Below, in pieces: positions 1-7,059 of a stretch of 21,611 bases of DNA. The notes under the pieces were generated by a model. The model had not been told where the DNA came from, did no database searches, and worked only from the letters and a program-made list of their open reading frames with translations. Numbering within the stretch: position 1 is the first letter of the stretch; the number at the start of each line of letters is the position of its first letter. The position numbers and the translations under genes are program-made. Source of the stretch: an uncultured Candidatus Poseidoniales archaeon (lineage in GTDB: Archaea > Thermoplasmatota > Poseidoniia > Poseidoniales > Thalassarchaeaceae); NCBI GenBank assembly GCA_964645485.1, contig CAZXZO010000029.1:1-21611 (forward strand). The letters run 5' to 3'.

Positions 1-159
1 CGGTGGCATTCCTCCTGGCGGCATCATTCCCGGTGGCATCCCCCCTGGCGGCATCATTCCCGGTGGCATTCCTCCTGGCGGCATCATTCCCGGTGGCATC
101 CCCCCTGGCGGCATCGGTCCTGGGGGAGTCATCCCCGGCGGCATGTTACCCGGCGGCAT
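1..159 (-). repeat. Coding tandem repeat, 15-nt unit (MPPGx pentapeptide, about 11 units), with higher-order 30/60-nt periodicity
   Basis: Bases 1-55 are identical to 61-115. Translation: MPPGN MPPGM TPPGP MPPGG MPPGM MPPGG MPPGM MPPGG MPPGM MPPGG MPP. Confidence 0.95.
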
Positions 160-1116
160 GGAAGCTGGTGGTGAAGAATTAGCCGGGGTGCTATCTTGCA
201 TTGGTGGGAGGGCAGATGGGGCTCCTTGAGGAGGTATTGCAGCCGCTTCAACTGGAGTAGTAGGGTCGTTCATCTCTGGTGGAGGACCTGAGGGCGCAGC
301 AGGTGGCCCAGAAGGAGCAGCCGGCGGGCCGGTAGGTGCAGCCGGAGGGCCGGTAGGTGGAGCCGGAGGCTCAGGTTGTGAAACGGGTTGGGATGAAGGT
401 GCAGAAATTGGCGCTTGCGCGGGAGCAAGAAGGTCTGCCCCTTGTGGTGGCCCAGAAGGAGCAGCAGGTGGACTGGTGGGTGCAACTGGTGGCTCAGGTT
501 GTGAAACAGGTTGGGATGAAGGTGCAGAAATCGGCGCGTGTGCGGGAGCAAGAAGATTGCTCGCAGGTGGGCTTGCAACAGATTCTTGGACCGGAATTTC
601 GGCACTGAATGCATTAGCCAACGGATCTGATGACGGTGCTGCAGCCACGGCAGCAGACGGCTCTATCTCTCCTCCAAAATCAACCAATGCAGTGCCAAAA
701 GCAGCATCAAATATGCTTCCACCTACTGCATTTCCTTTACCACCTGATTGAATCGGCTTGCGGAAACTTTCTGCAACTCTAAGGTCTGATGGGTGGGGAC
801 CTAGTTCAACTGTTTGACTACCTCCACTCGATTGGTATTCTAATTTGAACAACCAAGCCCCTGAATCAGGATTGACAAAATACGAGTAATCTTGTCTCAA
901 GCCGGCTTGAATCTCACTACCAGATTCGTATGCCTCTGCCTTGCCACCATCCATCGTACGCATTCTTGGTACGATTCCAGATATGGCTTGAGCACCCTCA
1001 TTTGTGACTTCAATTACGATTCTAAGTGCATCTCGGTCATCGTCATCAATATCATCTTCAATGCAGTGAATTCGAATTTTGAGTGGACCACTTTGTACAG
1101 TGAATTCGTCGCTCAT
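1..1116 (-). CDS. Partial (runs off the window) hypothetical protein: N-terminal beta-rich, possibly Ig-like domain, then a long Pro/Ala/Ser-rich region and an MPPGx repeat tail
   Basis: Manual translation shows no stop from 1176 to 1; it is missing from the ORF track, probably because its stop lies outside the window. ATG at 1116 follows GGGAGTGACC. Begins MSDEFTVQSGPLKIRIHCIEDDIDDDDRDALRIVIEVTNEG and ends ...MPPGGMPPGMMPPGGMPP. An alternative in-frame ATG is at 1149. Confidence 0.85.
   Translation of the reverse strand, partial: MSDEFTVQSGPLKIRIHCIEDDIDDDDRDALRIVIEVTNEGAQAISGIVPRMRTMDGGKAEAYESGSEIQAGLRQDYSYFVNPDSGAWLFKLEYQSSGGSQTVELGPHPSDLRVAESFRKPIQSGGKGNAVGGSIFDAAFGTALVDFGGEIEPSAAVAAAPSSDPLANAFSAEIPVQESVASPPASNLLAPAHAPISAPSSQPVSQPEPPVAPTSPPAAPSGPPQGADLLAPAQAPISAPSSQPVSQPEPPAPPTGPPAAPTGPPAAPSGPPAAPSGPPPEMNDPTTPVEAAAIPPQGAPSALPPMQDSTPANSSPPASMPPGNMPPGMTPPGPMPPGGMPPGMMPPGGMPPGMMPPGGMPPGMMPPGGMPP
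363..555 (-). repeat. Intragenic duplication, 123-nt (41-aa) period
   Basis: 368-432 and 491-555 are near-identical and encode LLAPA(H/Q)APISAPSSQPVSQPEPP twice. Confidence 0.9.
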
Positions 1117-1254
1117 GGTCACTCCCAACCCTACCGACACCCACCCCATTACTTGAAGCGCACCCCGCCAAGTGCTCTAATCATCAACTTGTGTTTTTTT
1201 TGGTATTGACCAATTTCCAACACAATTTACAGTTGTTTGATGGATAAATCATGT

Positions 1255-1860
1255 TTAACGAAGATGTTTACGTAATGCTGGAGGTAAACTAGTACCGTCT
1301 ACCACAATAGAGCCAACAGTCAAATCAATTGCACTCTGGTGAGTGTGGCGTTTATGGATTAGCATCAAGTCACGAATCCCAAACCATAACATCCCGAATA
1401 ATGGAATTGCATACTTCATTTTTCTTAATGCCCTTGCATCCCAATCACTCTTTACAAGGGGCTTTCCATCTTCTAGAACTACTGCTAAACCAAACCAACG
1501 CTGGGCATAAGTCCGGCCATAACGGATTCCGGTAAATTTGTGATACAGATAATTGGCAGAGAAAATCAAGAACCAATCAACCAAGAACAAGACTGTACCC
1601 TTTCCACCCGAAAGAGCCAATCCTAGATTATACGCTTGTACAATACTGGCTACTCCGCCTGACAAAAGAGAGGTTACCAAGTGAAGCACCCCCATCACGA
1701 AAACAGTGTCAATCATGTATGCTAGCGCCCGCGTGGACGCGCCCGCGAGAATTGTACCTTCGGGGATTATCCAACTCCCGCCACCTGCCTTCACTGCTTC
1801 TTTCGCGGGATTGACAAATTCTCCTTGGTGTGTGGATATTGGGCTCTCTTGTTCGGACAT
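1255..1860 (-). CDS. RDD-family membrane protein
   Basis: RDD signature LAGASTRALAYMIDTV, a second TM segment, G-x-T-x-x-x-R-W-F-G-L-x-V-V and a late H...D motif. Start moved to ATG 1860, which has GAGGTGG upstream and lies 11 nt after the helicase stop. Confidence 0.85.
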   Translation of the reverse strand: MSEQESPISTHQGEFVNPAKEAVKAGGGSWIIPEGTILAGASTRALAYMIDTVFVMGVLHLVTSLLSGGVASIVQAYNLGLALSGGKGTVLFLVDWFLIFSANYLYHKFTGIRYGRTYAQRWFGLAVVLEDGKPLVKSDWDARALRKMKYAIPLFGMLWFGIRDLMLIHKRHTHQSAIDLTVGSIVVDGTSLPPALRKHLR

Positions 1861-1871
1861 CTTGCCACCTC

Positions 1872-3887
1872 TCAATAACTTTGGAGGACGTGCCACGCCT
1901 CAAGTTTCCTATCTCTCACCCAATCAAGCCAGGCCTCCCAATCGCCGTCATGGCGAAGGGTGTCAGCACATCCTACAACGATAAGGCCGCGACGAGGTCT
2001 AGTGATTGCGACATTCAGTCTTCTGTGGTCTGATAAGAATCCTACTTCGCCGTCATTATTTGCTCTCACTGTTGAAAGAACAATGACTTCTTTTTCACGG
2101 CCTTGATATCCATCAATACTTCGGATCTCAAGGCCACCTGCTTCTTCATCGCCTTCACCTGATAGAATTCCTTTGCCGTCAAATAAATCTGTCAGCAATT
2201 GTACTTGACCACTGTAAGGAGAAACTACTCCAATATCTGATGGTTCTAAGTCACCTGCACTTAGCAATTGGTCAACTATTTTCACTACCCAGCCAGCTTC
2301 ATCTCTATTGATGCGTGACTTGCCATCAACTGCTAACTCCTCAGCACCATCTATTGGGACAAATGCAACAGGTGCATTCCAATCAGGCCATAAGAAACCT
2401 CCAGGTGCAATTCTGTCATCAGAACTGACTCCATTTTCCAATTGATTATCATAATATCTTGAAGACGAATATTCAGCAATTACTGGATGCATCCGGTATT
2501 GAGTTTTGAGCATAGTTGGAGTCATTCCAACATCTATCATTCGCTCGAACAAACTTCTCCTCAAACCATCCTGTTCGGCTCGCCGAGAAATTACCGTGGG
2601 TGGAAGTTGGCGATGGTCGCCAACTAACACAAGGCGGCGACAACTTCGCATTATTGGAACCCATGTCGCCGGTTCAATTGCTTGAGTTGCTTCATCAATT
2701 AGTATATTGGAAAATTTCCGTTGCCCTAGTATTTGGTGTCCTACCCCAATACATGTGGAGCAAATTACTTCTGCACCATCAAGAACATCATCACTCATTG
2801 ATGTTTCAAGTGCTCTAATTGATTTCCAGCCCATTTTCAAGTCACGATGAGCAAGCCCTTTTTCCTTCCCTTTGAAAGTTGGGAGTCGTCTCTGAAGACT
2901 CTCCTGAAGACCGAGTAATTCTCTAACTTCTTCTTGCAGTGGGTGTTCCTCTATTTTTGCCCGGATAGTTGCAGACCTGAGATGTGCTCTCACTTTTACG
3001 GGTTGACCGATTCTAACTGCTTTAACTCCGAGGTCGAGTAAGCCCTCGAGTAGATTATCAACTGCTACATTACTGTCAGCAGTCGCTAAAATTGGGCCAG
3101 TTCCTTGCTTTGCCCAGCCTTGAAGAATTCTGACAGCGGTGTGGGTTTTTCCAGTTCCAGGCGGCCCTTGTATCAGACTGAGTCTAGATGTCATGGCTTT
3201 TTCAAATGCCTCTTCTTGGCTTTCATTCAATTCATTTGGAGAATAGACATCGCGCCATTTAACGCCACGGAATTCAGGCCTCATGTTGGCTGAATCATTA
3301 ATGTCTCTTGGTTTACCAAGTAACAGATCTGACAGAGGTGTGGGTGGGTCATCTCGAAGAATTTCACGAAGTGCATCCTGCATTCTATCATGTGCAACTC
3401 GGTTCGCTCCTCTATCAATACGCCAAGTTCCGCTCCGAACTTTGTCAAGGTTCTCTGACACAACGACAGAGATAGAGTTACGTTTTCGGGTGAGAACAAT
3501 TCCTTCGACAGGGATTTCTTTTAGTGGGTTATTGCGGCAGATTGTGACGATATCTCCTTGAGAAAATCTATGGCTACCTAGGTTGTGCCCCTTCTGAGCA
3601 GAGAATTTTACTACTCTCTCACCAAATAACCAGCCGTTATTCCTAGCAATCACGCCTATCAATGCGTAGCCATGTTCTACCAACTTCTGTTTAGACCAAT
3701 GGCGTAACCTTTCCTCAACTTGGGCCATTTCATCTTCAAGTTCCCAAGTGATTAATCGCGAATATCGATTATGAAAATCTTGAGCCCGGATGAATCGAGT
3801 AGTTTCACCATCAATTGCTGGTGGAGGCAAGTCCGCACCTTTACCGGGTTTCAGACGACGAATGTCACCTCGCTTACCATCTGCCAC
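1872..3887 (-). CDS. Superfamily 1 helicase, Upf1-like / IGHMBP2 (DNA2/NAM7) family
   Basis: Q motif LNESQ, Walker A QGPPGTGKT, Ia ATADSNVAVDNL, Walker B DEATQ, III VLVGDHRQLPP, IV QYRM, V DGYQGREKE, VI RRLNVAITRPR. The N-terminal region resembles IGHMBP2. GTG start. Confidence 0.93.
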   Translation of the reverse strand: MADGKRGDIRRLKPGKGADLPPPAIDGETTRFIRAQDFHNRYSRLITWELEDEMAQVEERLRHWSKQKLVEHGYALIGVIARNNGWLFGERVVKFSAQKGHNLGSHRFSQGDIVTICRNNPLKEIPVEGIVLTRKRNSISVVVSENLDKVRSGTWRIDRGANRVAHDRMQDALREILRDDPPTPLSDLLLGKPRDINDSANMRPEFRGVKWRDVYSPNELNESQEEAFEKAMTSRLSLIQGPPGTGKTHTAVRILQGWAKQGTGPILATADSNVAVDNLLEGLLDLGVKAVRIGQPVKVRAHLRSATIRAKIEEHPLQEEVRELLGLQESLQRRLPTFKGKEKGLAHRDLKMGWKSIRALETSMSDDVLDGAEVICSTCIGVGHQILGQRKFSNILIDEATQAIEPATWVPIMRSCRRLVLVGDHRQLPPTVISRRAEQDGLRRSLFERMIDVGMTPTMLKTQYRMHPVIAEYSSSRYYDNQLENGVSSDDRIAPGGFLWPDWNAPVAFVPIDGAEELAVDGKSRINRDEAGWVVKIVDQLLSAGDLEPSDIGVVSPYSGQVQLLTDLFDGKGILSGEGDEEAGGLEIRSIDGYQGREKEVIVLSTVRANNDGEVGFLSDHRRLNVAITRPRRGLIVVGCADTLRHDGDWEAWLDWVRDRKLEAWHVLQSY

Positions 3888-3976
3888 ATTTTAGGCGGAC
3901 CATTTGTTGTCTTTCAACCTTCCAATTGTGAAATATCACCGTAGGTGGATGAATCAAGCATACAGCGGAAGGTGAG

Positions 3977-3983
3977 TATTATA
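3977..3983 (+). promoter_or_regulatory. Candidate TATA box for the Zn-ribbon gene, in a divergent intergenic region
   Basis: TATTATA lies about 35 nt upstream of ATG 4016. Confidence 0.45.
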
Positions 3984-4015
3984 CCCTAATCGTGCGCGGA
4001 TATAGAACGAGGCAA

Positions 4016-5338
4016 ATGTTCGGACGCTGGCGCAAGGCAAAGGAAGAGGCAGGCATAACCTGCCCTTTATGCAGCGAAGTTTCCCCAGAGGGTACGGAAG
4101 AATGCCCGAAATGTTACCATCAACTTGGAAAGAGTATAATTGAACAAGATGACAGTGTTTCGAAAGAAGTTAGTACTTCGATTTTTGATGAATTGTTAGC
4201 AGAAGATGAAGATGGCGATGATGGTGAGGTCGTTGATTGGTCAAGACATACCTTTGAAATCGATGATGTGACGATTGATGTCAGTCAGTATGAAGAGGAT
4301 TCTGAGGCTGTTGCTTTATCTGCGGCTCCTAACTTTGCAGCCATTGAAGCAGATGCACCAAGTCAAGTTCCTAAAGTTGCTGAAGAATTGGAAGAAGGTG
4401 AGTATGAACTGAGTACTTCGGATGCACCAACGAATGTTGAAAAGTTCGTTGTGCCTACTACTACTACGGAATTTGAGGCTGTTGAGGAGCCAACTCATCA
4501 AGTTGACCTAGTTGTGCCATTATTGCCGAAAGGTGCATCCGAAATGCCCTCTGAAGAAGAGCCGCTAGCAGACCCATCTGAGGTGCCTGAGGAAAAACAA
4601 GAACCCTCATCTGAAGTTATTGCCCAGCCAGTTCCTACTGCTGCAGCCGAGTCTGTGGCTGAATCAGTGGCAGTCAAGCCAGTGGTGGTTCCTACACCGA
4701 CTACAGTACCAACTACAACCCCTGTGGCGTCAGCCACACCTCCACCTGCTTTGCCAACACCACCCCAAGCAGCCCCAACCCCTAGCCCAAATCCTGCTCA
4801 TGCAGCCAAGCCGGAAATTCCAAAACTTCCGAGTTTGAATCCGGCGGCAGCAAACGGGGCTGTAGCAACTCCTACACCAGCACTCCCGTCAGTCCCAGCA
4901 ACTCCAGCAGTTCCATCAGTCCCAACAACTCCAGCACTGCCCGCAGTGCCTTCATCAAGACCAGATGCCAACGCATTCAATCAGGATGTAGAATTGGATG
5001 TTGATGCTCCAGCAGAATCACAATCGGCCACACCACCTTCTCTAGATGACCAGATGTGGCCGTGGCCACAAGGCGAACCTTATGATGACCTAATTGTAAA
5101 GAGGAAATTGCGCCAAGTGATGGAATCTGTGAAGGGTGGTGATTTGGATGGTGCGGCTAGAGACCTTGACAAATTAGGCCCTCATCTTGGAGACCGAAAA
5201 GAGATTCTATTCCATGTAGGAGTTGTACTCAAAAAATTGGGTCGGGAAGAGGCACTTCGCCGAATGCTTGAGACAGCACGTAGACTTCATCCAGAAGACC
5301 AACATGTTGCAACAGCGCTTACAAGCCTAGGAATGTAA
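4016..5338 (+). CDS. Hypothetical protein: N-terminal Zn ribbon, acidic region, Pro/Ala/Thr-rich linker, C-terminal TPR-like helical domain
   Basis: CPLC-x10-CPKC near the N-terminus; C-terminal GDLDGAARDLDKL...EILFHVGVVLKKLGREEA...RRLHPED helical pattern. ATG 4016 is preferred over GTG 3992. Confidence 0.8.
   Translation: MFGRWRKAKEEAGITCPLCSEVSPEGTEECPKCYHQLGKSIIEQDDSVSKEVSTSIFDELLAEDEDGDDGEVVDWSRHTFEIDDVTIDVSQYEEDSEAVALSAAPNFAAIEADAPSQVPKVAEELEEGEYELSTSDAPTNVEKFVVPTTTTEFEAVEEPTHQVDLVVPLLPKGASEMPSEEEPLADPSEVPEEKQEPSSEVIAQPVPTAAAESVAESVAVKPVVVPTPTTVPTTTPVASATPPPALPTPPQAAPTPSPNPAHAAKPEIPKLPSLNPAAANGAVATPTPALPSVPATPAVPSVPTTPALPAVPSSRPDANAFNQDVELDVDAPAESQSATPPSLDDQMWPWPQGEPYDDLIVKRKLRQVMESVKGGDLDGAARDLDKLGPHLGDRKEILFHVGVVLKKLGREEALRRMLETARRLHPEDQHVATALTSLGM
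4874..4954 (+). repeat. Coding tandem repeat, 3 x 27 nt (TPALPSVPA / TPAVPSVPT / TPALPAVPS)
   Basis: acaccagcactcccgtcagtcccagca / actccagcagttccatcagtcccaaca / actccagcactgcccgcagtgccttca. Confidence 0.85.
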
Positions 5339-5372
5339 TCATAGCTTGATCTATACATAAGGGATGGAGACA

Positions 5373-5398
5373 TCTCATGTTGGATGAGGGCTTTTTTT
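5373..5398 (+). terminator. Putative terminator: short hairpin plus T7 tract
   Basis: CTCAT-gttgg-ATGAG, then TTTTTTT at 5392-5398, 35-60 nt after the stop at 5338. Confidence 0.5.
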
Positions 5399-5557
5399 GA
5401 ATTAGTTGAAATCATGAAGATAGGGCAACAACGAGTTTACCTTGTTTAAAAATCCTTGACAGCGGCGAATTGTTACTGTTCAATCAGCCCATTAATCTGA
5501 TTATTACAGGATTTATTGTTTGGCAAAATCATAACACCTCATAACCATTCGACGGCT

Positions 5558-6982
5558 ATGATGCACGCCACACCGACCCTCATCATTGATGATGAGTTAA
5601 TTCTGCGGCCGGCTGATACACACTACCTTGACCAATTAGTAATCGCTTTTGAGGAATCTCTGCCAGAAGTAATTGGTGGCTTGCCTTGGTATGATGTTGG
5701 AGACGAGATGCATCTTCAACTCGAACAATATCTGTATGATGTAGGTAGAGGTGGTAGAATTGGCCGGGCCCATCATTGGGTAATTCTTGACAAATCAAAT
5801 GAGGAATTTCTTGGACTTGTGGCATTTGACAGGTTTACTCGGGTACGTGAAGCACATTGGAATCTAGGTTATTGGACTCGAAAGTCTGCAACTAGAAGGG
5901 GGATTGCTAAGCGAGCAGCAAATAAATCACTAGAATGGATTTCAACAACTCAAGGTGGCCCTACTGCAGTAGAAATCACAGTTGACCCTAACAATGAGGC
6001 TGGATTAGCCACTTGTAATTCCATTGTCAAAAGATGGCGAGGTGAAAGAGTAGAATGGGTTGATGGCGAGGTTGAAATTGCTGGTGAAATGCGTCACCAC
6101 ATCACATTCATACTGCCTCGTTTACCCTTAATTGAAATCGATGATGCTCACAACGGCAATGTCTGGCTTTCACTAGATACAGATGATTTATCGCATCATC
6201 CTAAAGTGTACGGCCATCCAAAACGCTCACGGAGAAATTCTCCTCAACCATACAAAATGAGTGAAACATTGGCTAAATCTTGGGAGGGGTTCTTTCGGTG
6301 GAGAAAAAACGAAGGGGCAGGGTTACCCGTAACGCTGTTTGTCATCAGCGAGCAATTAGAAGATGTTGATTTTGCTGCTAACTTGAAACAACTTTTAGGG
6401 CAGGATGAAACCGTGACTATTGGTTGTCATGGGAAGAAGCACAGGTGCTGGTCGGCATGGCCAGAAGATAGAACCGGATTTGCAAATGAACTTGCATTTT
6501 CTATGGAAAAACTCTCAGCCTTTGCCGGGGAAAATTTTCGTCCTTGGTTTCGCGCTCCGGGGGGTTACATTGCTCCCTGGATGATTGAGGTACTCAGTGA
6601 AAATGGCATCACTCTTGATTCGTCGGGAAGTGTGACAAAGGTTAGTGATAGAAAAGTTGGTTTGAAATTAGGCTTTGAAAGCATCAGAGACGCCTGTTGG
6701 AGGAAGGGTTTAGTTGAACGGTTTTGGTTCTCCCGCTTCGGTGTTCCCCTAACTGGCCCCGCACTGCGAATTCCATTGCTGAAAAGTTTAGCAAAACGGC
6801 AGTGGAAGAAGGTCACAAAAGATGCTAAATGTGTGAGTGAAAATACCCTCTTAACGCCTAGTTTCATGGTATATTCACTGTATTGGCACCTTCTAGACCA
6901 CGCCGGAAAAAATGGCAATTGGCAGCCTCCCATTCACCATTCATTCACAACAATTGAAACCGATGCAAACTACAAACGGTAA
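5558..6982 (+). CDS. Fusion of a RimJ/RimL-type GNAT N-acetyltransferase and a CE4 (NodB-like) polysaccharide deacetylase
   Basis: GNAT: LGYWTRKSATRRGIA and EITVDPNNEAG. CE4: LSLDTDD (motif 1), TLFVI, IGCHGKKH (motif 2), FRAPGG (motif 3), DSS, YWHLLD (motif 5). Start likely ATG 5558 or 5561 rather than TTG 5516. Confidence 0.8.
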   Translation: MMHATPTLIIDDELILRPADTHYLDQLVIAFEESLPEVIGGLPWYDVGDEMHLQLEQYLYDVGRGGRIGRAHHWVILDKSNEEFLGLVAFDRFTRVREAHWNLGYWTRKSATRRGIAKRAANKSLEWISTTQGGPTAVEITVDPNNEAGLATCNSIVKRWRGERVEWVDGEVEIAGEMRHHITFILPRLPLIEIDDAHNGNVWLSLDTDDLSHHPKVYGHPKRSRRNSPQPYKMSETLAKSWEGFFRWRKNEGAGLPVTLFVISEQLEDVDFAANLKQLLGQDETVTIGCHGKKHRCWSAWPEDRTGFANELAFSMEKLSAFAGENFRPWFRAPGGYIAPWMIEVLSENGITLDSSGSVTKVSDRKVGLKLGFESIRDACWRKGLVERFWFSRFGVPLTGPALRIPLLKSLAKRQWKKVTKDAKCVSENTLLTPSFMVYSLYWHLLDHAGKNGNWQPPIHHSFTTIETDANYKR

Positions 6983-7007
6983 TATGAGCCCCCCAAGTCG
7001 TAATGGC

Positions 7008-7022
7008 CGACCCAAAGGGTCG
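7008..7022 (+). other. Small perfect hairpin between the deacetylase fusion and the oxidoreductase
   Basis: CGACCC-AAA-GGGTCG. Confidence 0.4.
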
Positions 7023-7059
7023 CACCGTACTTTAGGCTGCAAAAAATTGGGTTGATTAT

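Noticed and set aside
270-1209. Track ORFs 270-614, 357-608, 476-751 and 892-1209
   Set aside because: Alternative-frame or antisense shadows of the repetitive minus-strand gene at 1-1116.
1117-1254. C-box-like TGATGA (minus strand, about 1180-1186) and a 22-codon ORF from ATG 1252
   Set aside because: No matching D/D' CTGA boxes at guide spacing; the ORF has no recognisable features.
5482-5502. Inverted repeat AATCAG-N9-CTGATT upstream of the GNAT-deacetylase gene
   Set aside because: Six-bp arms in AT-rich DNA are expected by chance, and no second copy was seen.
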